DNA of 60,662 bases, counting the filler, from Basidiobolus ranarum (Eukaryota), in the NCBI GenBank assembly GCA_040143965.1. It is 10 parts of 10 records of this genome, joined end to end, with 100 filler letters (N's around TTAATTAATTAA, not from the genome) between each part and the next. Parts side by side here need not be neighbours in the genome. Positions count along the whole stretch, not along the records: positions 36,509 to 42,474 come from JASJQH010008325.1; positions 42,575 to 48,538 come from JASJQH010008326.1; positions 48,639 to 54,601 come from JASJQH010008327.1; 7 more parts are not named here. One strand, 5' to 3'. Below are positions 37,786-51,439 of the stretch, one piece after another. The notes under the pieces were generated by a model. It saw nothing but the letters and a program-made list of their open reading frames with translations. It ran no database searches and was not told the origin of the DNA. Made by a program: the position numbers and the translations under genes. Each line of letters starts with the position of its first letter. Position 1 is the stretch's first letter.

Positions 37786-40700
37786 CTGGGTTGAATCAGA
37801 ATATCATTATAATAGCTGTTCTTTAGTACTAAAGTATTATTGGCCCCGAGCTACTTGTCAGGACAGTACATATTCCTCTTTAATAACAATCATATAGAGG
37901 CCTCATAATCCCATGTTTTTGGCAACCACTATGTCATCAATCTGCGATACAGTCACAATATATATGATTAGTTAGCTTATATAAATAATAGCACTATAAA
38001 AGAGTATTGAATTGCGAGAATTTCCAGGTCACTTGAGTTAAGGGAAATTGGCATTAAATCCAATTTCATCTAAACTGAAAGAAGTTTGGAAAGTGTCTGA
38101 GTATGGTACAGGGTTAACGAGTTCTTTGCAATTTAATTCTTTTAGTTTAATATTACTTGCTGCTTCTAAGAAATCCCGGGGGCCTTCTTCTCTGATTTAT
38201 GAGAGTTGTGAAGCTTTGTGTAAACTAATGGATATTAAATCATATCAAAATAATAGAACTTTTATAGGGGTACAACCTCTAGGCAACTTCTACACTTACT
38301 ATTAATCAAGATCAAAAATCGGTATGAAAGTAATAAAGAAGATGTCTTGAATGTACCAAAAAAAGTTTAAATACTGATCATGAATATAAATCGATCAATG
38401 ATATTCAAATCGATAGCATTATATGGAGTCATCTATTACTGAATATGTCATACTGGATCAATAAGGATATATAATAATCACTACCTAGAAGATCAATTCG
38501 GAATGATGATATCTCTAAGCCAACTACACAAGAGATGTTTCAAATTTATATTCCTTAAAAGAAAGTTATGGTGGAATTTCAAATCTCTTCAAAGAGTAAG
38601 ATATGCAAATTTGAACTACTATTAAAATCTAAATCATAATTGCGTTATCATTCAACATTTTTTAGTTTGAGGACTTAAATTACCATATCACTAATGCAGT
38701 TTGAAGTGTCTCAAAATTCATTGGTTCTAGTTTGGATGGTTATGTGAAAGTTGCTTATCTTCTAATAATTAGGCAGATCACTTGCTTTATAGGTTGTTTG
38801 AATATTAACAACAAAAGAAGTCAGTATCTATTATTGTATATCCGGTAATAAACAATGACTACAATTAGGATCTAGATCTCTATCAATACTTTGGGTATGA
38901 TAGAGGTAGAAATGTCAATACTAAGCTGAATTAAGCTTAGGTGTTCTTATCTTCAAGCATAAATTCCGGTGTATCCTGTATCAACGATAGAAAAGAACCA
39001 ACCGAATTCTACTTACTTAACTGAGTATATAAACTACATCGTTATTCCGAACACTCCGAAAGTCGATACTTATTAAATATATATTCAATTAAATCGAGTT
39101 TACTATAAAAATACTATCCTTGAGTGTATACTCCATCTTCAATGAATGTTCACTGTACATTGAAATCAAAGTTAACGTATATATGAAAAGATCCTAAATG
39201 TTCCATGTTATTATGAGTAATTCATTATTTTCGTTTAAATTTTCTCACTTTCAACTTTCTTTTGACATTCAGAGGGACGGAGTGGAGTGACTTGTAGTAG
39301 ATATTCGAAAGATGTTGTAAATGATTTGAATATTAAAAAGATGGAATGGTTGAACTTGAACATATTATAGAGGGTGTAAAACGAAGAGTTTATATCGTTG
39401 TGGTAAGTTAAGGAAAAGTGATTTGTGTACAATTCAAAGGTATATCGGGGGTATTGAATGAGGTTTACCAATACACATATAATTTGTCAATAACCTGTAA
39501 TAATTATCCAAGAACGAACACATATTTGGCCTAGACTAATGCCCATATTTGCGTACAAGACAACATATGAGATTGAAGGGTACAGAAACGGTATCTAAAC
39601 GTCCAACTAAGCATTATCACTGAGGGTAAAATAGCTTATAACATTACGTCGGCCTAGTAAATTTTTGGTAAAGAATGGGTAGGATTTGAGGTAAGCAACC
39701 ACTTCGAATAGATATGCTATATATTAAGTAGAATGGGAGTTGAATAAATCCATTCCATACCTTGGCTGTAAATAAGAGTGATTACAATTCTCATAGGACC
39801 ACAATTCTGATATGTAAGATTATAGTTATGGTTATGGCTAGGGATACGAAATTTAAAAATCCTACCAAGGACACAACTTCAATCCCATGATATTTTCTCA
39901 AGAGGTGTATATCCAACGGATATTATGGGTTTAACAATGATAGTTTCATAGGATTCGTCCGGATATTCGAACGGTCTAGATTTATCTACATTTAGGTGAT
40001 AACAAACACCCCCTAGTACTCCAACATGGTTTCCTGAATAATCGGTTGATTTACCACCATTATTCCGGGTACAAGTTTATCGAATCTCGATCAAAATAAC
40101 AGCAGGGATTTTATGGATGAAAATTTTTTAGTTGCCATCTAATAATGTAACTTGATCGGGACGGGGAGGTTGTAATACAAGCGATTGGATACTAACTCTA
40201 AATCACAGACTAGCAAGCATCCCTTATATGATCAATTATGGGATTAGTATTGGTAGTATCAAAGTCGCTAACTAAGAGTTTTCAATCATTGGTATCAGCA
40301 AAAATCCCTCGTCACGTGATTCTACCAGCAATTTAGGATAAATTCGATATATTTCTAGACACGATGAATATGGATTTCACATGCATATGAAGCATGGTGA
40401 AAGTTATTTCCATTTCGTCCAGAACCTTTTATTATACGTAGACAGGAATGAGTATAGATAGAATACACGTGGGAAGAGCTTAAAATAGGTTAGGTTAGGG
40501 TAGAAAAGAGCCGAAGGAGTATTCGAATTATTTCAAATACTACAAAATGAAACACGGAGCTGCACGCATAGGCTACACTTCACTTAGTGTTATGAATCTA
40601 ATATCAGGGATCCCCATGAATATGATAATATCTAACAAAATCCTTTATTGAAATAATCGGAAATGATTTGTGGATGTGGAGTCCACAAATCATTTTCTAA

Positions 40701-40910
40701 GAAAGAATGGAACGGGATAAAGGGGATTGGAGGAAAGGATAGGAATGGAAAAGAAAGAGGAAAATACACATCGGCTCTCTATTTGACTTTTACAATTTAC
40801 GATATGGGAGTAAAACGAAACTAATGCTGAGTATAGGTAATCGAAAGATGAGAAGATGGTGTATCAGGGGTAGAGGGTTAGAGGGTTAGAGAGCGGGTAA
40901 ACAACAACAA

Positions 40911-42433
40911 TTAGTCATCTAATTTGTCCAACTCTATTTCATCCTCGGTAATGACCATATTTTTCGCGTCATTTTCATCATCAAGATCATCATAATGTCG
41001 AAAAGCATAGTAGAATCCGATACCGCAGATACCAGTTGCAACACTGATACCTCCATAATTCCAGACAAGATATGGATTCTGTGCTACTGGGGCAAGAGCC
41101 ATACCAATGGCAGCGGCAACAGCATTAGGGAACAAAGACAAGGCCATGACCAAACCTTTGAGTGAATTAGGAGCATGGGTATAAGAGTACTCAAGGGAGG
41201 TGATACTGGCGAAAATTTCCGACATGGCAATCAAGAAATACGATGGAATTTGCCACCAAACAGAAATTTTGGGTTCACCTCGATCCGCTGCGTTGTAAAT
41301 CCGTTGTTGAACCAAAGCAGAAGTCATCATGGCCAGGGCACCAAGAGCAAAGCCAATGGTAATACGCATCATAGGTCTGGGATTCATACGGATTCTGCGA
41401 AGGAAGGGATACACCAACGTATCCATGATAGGGATAAAGATAATGAGAGCAATAGGATCAATGTTACCAATGATATCATCCGGAATACTGGGAGGAAGTT
41501 GCATAGAAGCAGCTTGTGAAATCAAATTACTGGTAATTTGATTATAAGCGGTCCAATAGATACACATTGGGATGAAGATGAAGCAAGCCATCAGAGTCTG
41601 CTTGAGGCCATCGACGAAGCTATCATCCCAATACTTGTAGGATTTCTCCTCATCAGTCTCTGGGCGCACCCCTTCTGGTGAGTTAGTTTTGGCAGCATCA
41701 AGGTAATGACGTGGTTTTGGGTTGGAACCTTTCTCACGCTTAAGAGCAAAGCGAATGCAATGATAGGCCTTTACAATAGTGGACTCACCACTTGGTGGGA
41801 TTCTGACGTAATACTTCGAGCCGGACACGAATACCATCAGTGCAACAGCAAACATACAACTAGGAACCATGTAAGCAAGCCAAAATCCAACATGTAACTC
41901 AAGTTCTGGAGTGATGACGCCACCAATCAAGGCGCCAACGTTGATAGACCAGTAGAACCAATTGTATAAATGTTGGGTAGTGAGTGTAGGATCAATGATC
42001 ACCTTCTCACCTTTGACTACGCGAATCTCAGGCTTGCTTAGTCTAAGCTGATCGGCAGCCATGGGTGATACCAAGGGTTTGATACCACCAGTTCCAAGAC
42101 CGATGATAATCAACGAGAGAATGTACCCGGGAAATCCTGCCCCAATCTCAATGGCCTTTGGAATAGATGTGCATGTCAAAAGCAACCAACCACACATGTA
42201 AATAACACAGAAAATGATAATGGTTCGGTATTTTCCGAGGTAACGATCAGAGATGATGGCTCCTAGTAGCGGTGTAACATAACAGAAGAATGTAAAGAAT
42301 TGTTTTAAGGCATCGGCGGTAGATTGACCTTTTCCAAGTGCACCAGCCTGATGTTTAAGATCGGGTGGAAATTGAACATAGTTTGTGAAAGGAGCAGAAC
42401 CTCCGTAGTAGGCAAAACGTTCACAGAACTCGG
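40911..42433 (-). CDS. PTR2: POT/PTR2-family di/tripeptide transporter, 5'-truncated
   Basis: EFCERFAYYG, FFCYVTPLLGAIISDRYLGKYRTI, GLGTGGIKP, FYWSINVGAL and WWQIPSY..SEIFASITSLEYSYTHAP. Confidence 0.92.
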
Positions 42434-43067
42434 CTATGCAATGGTTATTTAATTAGTTTACTATCAACAATAGTNNNNNNNNNNNNNNNNNNNNNNNNNN
42501 NNNNNNNNNNNNNNNNNNTTAATTAATTAANNNNNNNNNNNNNNNNNNNNNNNNNNNNNNNNNNNNNNNNNNNNTTGTAATATGGTGATATGCTACGAGT
42601 TCATGTTGTTAGTTCACAGCATCCATTATTTCCGAGAATCATGTATATTGCTACCGACATTTTGACTTGTCCAAGTTGTCAACTACAGCTATATTTACTT
42701 TCCCAATCAGCGTGCTTGTAAGACATTGGCTAATAGTTTACGATACGAAGCAATTGAAACTCTAAGCCTTACTTATGAAGTATGTAATATGAAGAGGCAT
42801 TTGACCAAAAAATTTCTGGAAGATCTTGAAACAGGTATTTCAACCAAGAAAGCATTTATTTGTACCACTCCGGTGGCTGAGAATCGGTAACTGAAACATT
42901 TTCAACCATGATGGGGAGGTTTTTTGACCAACATCTGGGTGCATACTTGAATTGTGTATCTAACAAGTATATCTGACGAAATATAACAAGTATGAGTAAT
43001 TTATGGTCAAATACCGCGGAAAATAACCAAACTGTAAATCTGAGGGACTTGTCGATGATGTACATTG

Positions 43068-44230
43068 TGTTGAAATGGTTGAATTAGCATTGCCTAAACA
43101 CCTATATAGTCATAAATAGCTTAGTATTTAGTTATCCTATATTGAACTAAGATATCTCCCATTATTCGATATTGGAATTTACTTAGAATATTGACACCAA
43201 CTTAGAAGTTCTCAGATATATAGATTTTATATAACTTGTGCTAGAAGCCCCGAACTTTGCACACATATTCCTGGGACCTTCCTTAGCACATCTTGGACGT
43301 TAGTTTCTTTACATCTTGACAAAAGTATAAATGTCAACTGAATACTCAATAAATCAGTAAGTGAAAACCACCAATTTTGCCAATTCTCCAAACCACTTCC
43401 AACAGGCTCCCAAAATACTTTAACAGAAATTAACATAGCCTAAACGTTTATTTAGTTATATATAGCTCAGTACTTAGCTATTCCATATTGAACTAACAAA
43501 TCTCAAGAGGAATTTAATTAGAAGTTTGAAGAAATACAGATTTTGATAACTCGTCCTACAAACACCAAATTTTGTGCACATGTTTCTAAGATCTTCCTTA
43601 ACACATTGTACAAAGTTGTTTGTTTACCTCTAATAAATGTCCACTTTCTACTCAACAAAACAATAAGTGAAAACCACCAATTCTCCTAGTTCTCCAAACA
43701 ACTTCCAGCAAACTCCCAAAATACTTCAACAGGTTATGCGCCCCAAGCTAAGCTCTTTATAATGTCTATTTCTCAAATTTCTAGAACTTTTCCTTCTTCT
43801 GAAAAATTGGATGGAACCAATATATCTGTTGAAATTAGCAGTGTCTAAACACCTATATAGCTTAGTATTTAGTTATCCTATTTTACACTAAGATATCACT
43901 CCCTATTCTCAATCAAAATTTACTTAGAGTATTGACACCAACTTAGAGGTTCTCAGATATAGCAACTTTTCAAACTTGTGCTAGAAGCCCCAAACAGCTT
44001 CCTTAACATATTCTACACATTTTTCATTAACCTCTGAACAAAACTATAAATGTTAACTTTCTGCTCATTAAATCAAGAAGTGAAAGCCACTAATTTCTCT
44101 ACTTCTCCAAACCACTTCCAAGAGGATCCCAAAATACTTCAACATTATTAAGTCAGGAAAATAAAGCTGAAAATGCTATTGTAAGAAAAGGACTCTATGA
44201 CACTGGTGATGAATATGTTTGAATAGATCC
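43068..44230 (+). mobile_element. Copia 5' end (LTR-A 43068-43731, PBS 43732-43744, gag from 43762) interrupted by two nested solo LTR-A (43077-43425 and 43827-44144)
   Basis: The inner LTR is flanked by GAAAT/GAAAT and splits the outer TGTTGAAAT|TAACATAGCC. PBS GGTTATGCGCCCC. Gag EKLDGTN resumes after the second insert as Y*VRKIKLKMLL. Confidence 0.85.
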
Positions 44231-44429
44231 TGCTTTGAAAATTCTGTCTCAAAATAAGCAGAGTGCTCCAGTATCTACACATCTAATAGTTTTTTTATAA
44301 AGAGTGTTGGCAAAATGTGTAATACCAGTTCCAAATAGATGCTTTGGATTTTTCATTTGAAGCATCTGTGCCTTTGAGAGTAAGACAAAGGTCAAATGAT
44401 GGAGATGTGTTCAGAACATATGTGAGGGT

Positions 44430-44775
44430 TGTTGAAATTGGCATTGCCTAAGCACCTATATATTCATATATAGCTTAGTACTTAGTTATCTTATAACTCA
44501 CTAAGATATTATCAATTATTCTCAATCAGAATTTACTTAGAATATTTTACCAACTTAGAAGTTCTCAGATATATAGATTTTTCAAACTTGTGCTAGAAGC
44601 TCTAAACTTTGCACACATGTTTCTGGGACCTTCCTTAACACATTCTACATGTTTTTTGTTTACATCTTGACAAAACTATAAATGTCAACTTTCTACTCAA
44701 TAAATCAAAAAGTGAAAACCACCAATTCCTCTAATTCTCCAAACCACTTCCAACAGGCTCCAAAATACTTTAACA
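44430..44775 (+). mobile_element. LTR family A
   Basis: Intact TGTTGAAATT...TTTAACA; no matching TSD. Confidence 0.9.
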
Positions 44776-44789
44776 GTATCAATTGGAAC

Positions 44790-45096
44790 TATTCAAGAAT
44801 TTTGGAAGTTTGTTGGAAATGGCTTGGAGAACCAGGAGCATTGGGGGTTCTCATATATTGATTGGAATGTTGACATTTATAGTTTTGTCAAGGCATAAGC
44901 AAGCAAATGTGAAAAATTTGTTAGCAAAGATTCCAGGAATATGTGTGCAAAATTTGGGGCCTCCAGAGCCAGTACTCAAAATGCTGTAAGTAAACTCCTC
45001 TTGAGAATAGTGGGTGACATCTTTGTGAAATATGCAGTAACTAAGTACTAAGCTAGATATGACTTTATAGATGTTGAAGCTGTAGTAATTTCAACA
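44790..45096 (-). mobile_element. Solo LTR-A with TSD GGAAC
   Basis: GGAAC at 44785-44789 and 45097-45101. Confidence 0.88.
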
Positions 45097-45160
45097 GGAA
45101 CAGCTCTAATCTTGAGAAGTAGCATAATTCTCAAACTTCCCCTCCCTACATCCTTGATAG

Positions 45161-45479
45161 TATTGAAGTATTTGGGAGTTTGTTGAAAGTGGTTTTTTGA
45201 ACTTGAAGAATTGGTGGTTTTCACTTGTTGATTTATGATTAGATAGTTGACATTTATAGTTTTGTCAAGGCATAAGTAAACAAATGTGAAAAATTTGTTA
45301 GCAAAGATTCTAGGAATATGTGTGCAAAGTTTGGGGCTTCTTAGAAGTTCTCAGATATATAGATTTTTCCAAGTAAACTCCAATTGAGAATAGTGTGTGA
45401 TAACTTAGTGAAATACAGAATAGCTAAGTACTAAGCTATATATGATTATATTAGTGTTTAGGCTATGCTAATTTCAACA
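45161..45479 (-). mobile_element. Solo LTR-A with TSD GATAG
   Basis: GATAG at 45156-45160 and 45480-45484. Confidence 0.88.
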
Positions 45480-45503
45480 GATAGCATATTGCTTAGTGCA
45501 AAT

Positions 45504-45766
45504 TGTTGTGAATATCTGGGATGAATTGAAAGTGTTGAGAACAATCGCAAATATGTGATTTTCACTTGTATATATATAATGACAAGAATGTGCTCCTAGG
45601 GTGTTAAACAAGTGGGGTTTGGACGAGTTGAAAATTTCTATCTTTTTGAGCATTTCTGACATTTGTCAAATATATCCAAATATATGTGACGATCCTGACT
45701 TGTGAAATATCAACTATGCTAAACTAATGTATGAATAGTTAGGTGCTTAATTCTGATATTTCAAAG
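45504..45766 (-). mobile_element. Solo LTR, family B, with TSD CAAAT
   Basis: CAAAT at 45499-45503 and 45767-45771; homologous to 31158-31490. Confidence 0.8.
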
Positions 45767-46494
45767 CAAATCACATGTTTGTAAATATCCCAAACATGTC
45801 CAATTCATCTCCAATATCTACAAGTATAGCTCTGAAACTCTATTGCAAGTATTCAACTAACAAATTACTAATTGTAAATGCAACAAACTGTTGAAAATAT
45901 TAATATTAATTGGTATGCAGTATCTTCATAGTAGCTGCTACTCAAAGTATTCATATTTTGGTTCCACAATCTTTTTCCCACGATACTATAGCGAGCTAAT
46001 TGTCAATTTCTGTGGCATCTCAATGGAATTCATAGTTGATTTTGATAGTGACCTTACCGCTTGTTTCCATGACACAGTGCAAACAATATAGATTACATTT
46101 ATGTATTCCGTGATACAGATGCTGCAATTAGTACATGCTTGAAATGCAAGGTTTGTTCATTTGCCCCATTGTAATCACATGATCGCTCTGCCAAGACTCA
46201 CTTGCTTTGTGGCAGTTGGCTATGGAGATTATCATAAGAAATAACATAAAGCCTGTTTTGCTCGAGCAGATTATATCGATCATCACCAGAGGCAACATAA
46301 GAATTGTGGCAATATCTGAGCCCATACGCAATAGTACGGTGCATAATTAATTGCTAGGACCAAGTGAATAGAACGGACTACAAACTAACTTCAGATGGTG
46401 TCTTTGCCTTACGATGGATTAAGTACATTGTGATCTACACAAATATTATCTCAATGGAAAAGGATCACTTTTATTGAACAAGAAACCAAAACAA

Positions 46495-47466
46495 TTATGG
46501 CTTTTCTAAAAGAATGGCTTCGTGATGATAATCCTCCGCCTTGACATAGCGTTGAGCAGACTTTAAAACTATCTCACGAGCTTTTTGGAAAATGTCATCA
46601 CCAACCCAGGCTCCATACAGCTCATCGACCTTAAGGGGCTTGACCGCTTGCCAAATCTGATCAATGGCCTTAGGAGCAAGTGGAACTAAATTGGGATACG
46701 ACCACATAAAGCTTACAAAATTCCGATCGGGAAGAACTTTGATGGTGTCGCCGACGAATAATTCTGTTGAAAATTCAAACAACATTAGAGAGATGCATGG
46801 ATGCAGTATTCGAGCCAATTATACTTACTATTTTCCCAATTCATAACGCATGAACCATCAAAATGGCCTCCGCAACGAACGACCTTGGCATTACCATCCA
46901 GAAGGTCCAAGGAATCACCATCCCATATATTCAAACGTTTGTCGGGGTTCATAATCCATTCCTCATCAGCCTTGTGAATGTATATAGGGATATCATTAAA
47001 CGCTTTGCTCCACTCAACCATGCTAAATAATAGGTGAATTAGCATATGGATTGCTCTAAAATTATTGGTTTCCTAATTACCTAGAATAATAATGGGGGTG
47101 TGAAATTGCAATGGCTGTTAAACCACCCAACTCTTGGATTTTCTTGACCGTTGCATCATCGATCAGCGAAATGCAATCCCACAAAATATTCCCCTTTGGA
47201 GTGCGGATCAAAATTCCTCGTTGCCCGATGGCGAACTTGGGGGTGGAGAAGATACTATATATGCGCTCATCATTAGCAAAGGGAACAATCTCATTGTGAT
47301 GACTCTCTTGAAGCTCTTTTAGCGTAGTCCATTCTTGACCAGAAACGGGTACGTATTGGCGTTCATCCAAGCAAATAGGACACTCTTTCTGAGTAGGAGA
47401 AGGAAACTGTGTTCCACATATGACACACATTAGTGGAAAACCATTATTAGAACTTATAGCAGACAT
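46495..47466 (-). CDS. Metallo-beta-lactamase-fold hydrolase (YmaE-like), 3 exons
   Basis: Exons 47466-47081, 47022-46829 and 46763-46495. CVICGTQF..CPICLDERQYVP..QEWTTL, PKFAIGQR, NILWDCI, AISHPHYY, GGHFDGS, GDT, SFMWSYPN and YGAW. Confidence 0.88.
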
Positions 47467-48638
47467 TGTTTGCGAGGGATTTCAATAGATGACGAATTGC
47501 ACTTACAGGAGGCTATTAAGCTGTTAAATACGTGTCCAAATCACTCTGGAGTTGAACCAGAATTAGTAAGATGAGAGAGTAAACCTGTTTGTAAATTACT
47601 CATCGCTGTATGATTGGCTTTACGAAGATTAATGGTAGTGTGAGTGCCTGCAAATCTATTCAATGAACCCTTGTACAATTCGCCATGGCATTGCCTTGAT
47701 TAATAATCGAGTTTGTAAGCCTTCAAGTTGTGACTACCAAATACTTGAGTAGGGTGGATGTCCGTTTCGTCATTGGATGGCATCAGTCGTTTTCTAAGCA
47801 TAACATAAAGAAACAACATTCTCATGAACTCAACCTAATCACAGGGTTTCAGATAAACTTCGAATATTACTTTAAAATATGATGTCAGCGAGCACATTCA
47901 GCCTCACTTGACTTGAGTTGCTGTTGCATTAGCTTTGATGCCAGCTTAATTTTCGCTGATGCTTCCAATTCTTCCAAGAACATTACTGGTGAGGGCTTAT
48001 ATTTCTGAAGTGCCAATTTACTTGTTCAGTATGGCAATAACATGGTAAACACAAATGCATGAGCATCTCACCATTCAACTCATCAAATGCCTACATATCA
48101 TCAGGAATATATTGGGCAGAAGCATTAAATAACACCATCTCTACTTACTAGGTTTTCAAAGTAACTAAGGATTTAGGGCATTTGAGTCACCAATACTGAT
48201 TGGCCTACTTTACTCTTCTAACTGGTAGCCTGTATGAATCCATTAAGTTGATGAATCAATACCAGACATCTATGATTCAATTTTACGGTCATAAACAGAA
48301 AGCCTATACGATAATACCAAAGAAACCAATCTATTCAGAAGTACTCTGATTGAATACCAGATGAAACTTGAACAACAAACCATTATTCATTGTTGAACAA
48401 GTATGGTTTTAACTTCGGAAAATCTTTTAATCGATCTTCAATGATTCATCGATTCATTGAACACAGGATCTCTCCTCTTGGGTTCGGTTCTCTTGGTAAC
48501 ACTACACTTAAGGATTTGTCCAGGTGGTTTTCTATAGTNNNNNNNNNNNNNNNNNNNNNNNNNNNNNNNNNNNNNNNNNNNNTTAATTAATTAANNNNNN
48601 NNNNNNNNNNNNNNNNNNNNNNNNNNNNNNNNNNNNNN

Positions 48639-48810
48639 TTCCAATACTGCTTACTCAGCTATATAGTCAAAAATTCAACATGAATGAGCCATTCAAGATA
48701 GGATCAAAGTTTGACATGATTGGGAAAATGCTTGAAAACCTCAAGATACCATCATATTTTACCAGGACTCCCATCAATATCTACTCATCTAGGCATTTAT
48801 TCAAATGCCA
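48639..48810 (+). mobile_element. CACTA/En-Spm transposase fragment
   Basis: Clear nucleotide similarity to the reverse complement of about 57540-57712 (ILLTQL..KFNxNEPFxIGSKF..KIPSxFTxTPINI). Confidence 0.8.
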
Positions 48811-51439
48811 AGACCAAGCTGAAACTATCTATTGACACTATTCAAAATATCACATCTGGGACAAGGTCTCAAGCATCAATCACCAATGGATATATGACAA
48901 AGCTCAAATCAATACCAATCCCTGTGGTGAATATTCCAAGCAGAAAACCAACAAGTGATAATCCTCTCTCAAACTTCACTACAAGTACTGAAACCAATGT
49001 GAACAAACTATTTTATGATATTATGGCTTCAAGCAGACATACAAGTCGTGAAACATTAGGCAGCTCTGAAAATGTATCAATTTATACCAGAAAACCTGAT
49101 AATTACTCTGAGGATACTGAAAATTTGGAACCTGCTGCTGAAAATCAGCATATTATCTCTGCCAATGAAAAATATGGTAAGCCAAAAAAGTACATTTTTT
49201 CAGCCAATCAGGAATCTGGAAAATTGGCTCAAAAACAAGGTAAAAATTTTATGACCAATCACATACCTAAGTAATATCCAACTCTCAATTTGGCTGACAT
49301 CAGGTTCAATCAATTATTGGAAGTATGCAATCAATCACAACAAGTATTCAATTAATTACAAGATTCAGGCATTCAGGTCTCAAAAAGCCTACTGATGGGA
49401 ATTCAGAAACATCCTCTAAGTGAAACATCTGACCACTCTACCAAGGACTTTTGTTATCTCAAATAAGAGCATGAAATCAACAGATTCAGTTCAGAAAAAT
49501 GGTCAAAAATATCTGCTTGTATAGCATTATGTGAACCAGAAAATTTGACACAAGCTCTGAAATCTGATGAAGCAAGAGAATGGAAAAAAGCCACTGATGA
49601 TGAAATTCACTACCTAATCAAGAATAACACATGGATCCTTGTGGACTTACCTACAGGAAGAAAAACTAATGGTAATAGATGGGTGCTGAAACTGAAACTT
49701 AACTCAGATGGATCTATCAACAGTTACAAAGCAATATTAGTAGTAATGGCTATGTTCAGAAACATGGCTTTGACCATGATGAAATATTTTCTCCCATTGC
49801 TATGTTTACCTCAATTGGAGTAATCCTAGCCATTGCTACCCACCAAGGAATACTGATTGAACAAATGGATGCCAAGACAGCATTTCTCAATGGAAAAATT
49901 GATGAAGATACATATATGGATCAACCAGAAGGATATATTGCGAAAGGAAAAAACATCAAGTATGCAAACTACAGAGAAGTCTATATGGTCTGAAACAGGC
50001 TCCTTGTGCATGGAATACCAAAATCAATCAGATCTTCATGAAACATCTTTTCCATTCTAGCAAAGCTGAACACTGCATATACTGCAAGACTATCAAAGCC
50101 ACCAACATCATAATTGCTCTCTATTTTGATGATATCATAATAGTAGTAATTGCTCAAATCTGATAAACAAACTAAGAACTGTTTATCTGCCAAGTTTAAA
50201 ATGCAAGCTTTTGGATCACTAGCATAGTGTCTTGAAATGCAGATACATCAAAATTCCACTGTTGGAACACTCTGTATCACACAAGAAAAATATATTGGAA
50301 ATGTTTTAAACATATTCAATATGTCAGAATGTAAAACAGCGTCAAATCCACTATGTATGCTGAAACTCACTAAGGATATGGAACCAAAGACCTCTGAAGA
50401 TATTGAAATAATGAAACATATTTCTCACCATAGTGCAGTTGGAAGTCTGAAATAAGCAACAACTGGTACCAGGCCTGATATTGCTACAGCAATAAGCAAA
50501 ATAAGCAAATATATGGAAAATCCTGCAATGGGACATTAAATAGCTGTGAAACAGATAATATGCTATCTGAAAAGAACAATATATCATGGAACTCAATTTA
50601 GTAAGCAGTACAACATGTCACTAATTTTGGATGAATATACTGATATGGAGTGGGCTAACAATACAGAAGACCATAAGTTCAGAACTGGAGATGTGTTTAA
50701 GCTACCAGGTGGGCCAATAAGCTGGATTAGGAAGAAACAGCAAACTGTTGCATTATTAACTACAGAAGCAGAATAAATGGCAAGCTCTTTGGCTGTTCAA
50801 GAAGCTATATGGCTAAGGAGTCCTCTCAATGAGCTAGGATTTGATCAAGTTGATCCTACCTCATAATATCAAGATAATATTAGTTGTGTTAAGATCACCA
50901 AAATTCCTGAGCATCACAGAAGGATGAAACATATTGACATAAGACATCATTTTATAGGAGAGAAAGTTCTTGACAAAACAGTGAAGTTTATTTATTGTAA
51001 TACTGAATATGTGTTTGCAGATATACCAGCAAACCACTCAAAACTTCAAGCTTTGAGAAGTTAAGAGCAGCAATAGGCATTAGTGAATATAAGCACAATG
51101 CTGAATAGGAATTAAGGGAAGGTGTTGAATAATTAATTTTTATTCAACATCAAAGTTAACTTTAGTTATGATATATAAATCCAATACTGAAAACAACTTA
51201 TCTATAGCCTCTATATTCTAAATAGAAATATCTCTGTATCTATATAACAAGTATATCTTATGACCCCCACTTATCTATTGTATCTTATTATAAAAATTCC
51301 TGAATATCACAAATAATTGATTCATTTTTCTACTATATAAGTCACCATATACTCTTGAGAATAAAGGAACTAAAACACACTATTGTAAGTTGCTTCTAAT
51401 ACCCAAAGTCTACCGCCATTATATCAAGATCCTCCAACA
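48811..51439 (+). mobile_element. Degenerate Ty1/copia element 3' half: RT-RNase H, PPT (about 51111-51122) and 3' LTR family C (51123-51439)
   Basis: EPENLTQAL..EWKKA..KNNTWILVDLP..RWVLKLK; QMDAKTAFLNG..YMDQPEG; SLYGLKQA; YFDD; GGPISW..KKQQTVALLTTEAE; KHIDIRHHF. Many stops and frameshifts. AAGGGAAGG precedes TGTTGAA...CCAACA. Confidence 0.92.

Noticed and set aside
40485-40890. Telomere-like ttaggg/agggttag motifs
   Set aside because: Only two or three imperfect copies in the transporter's 3' flank; not an array.
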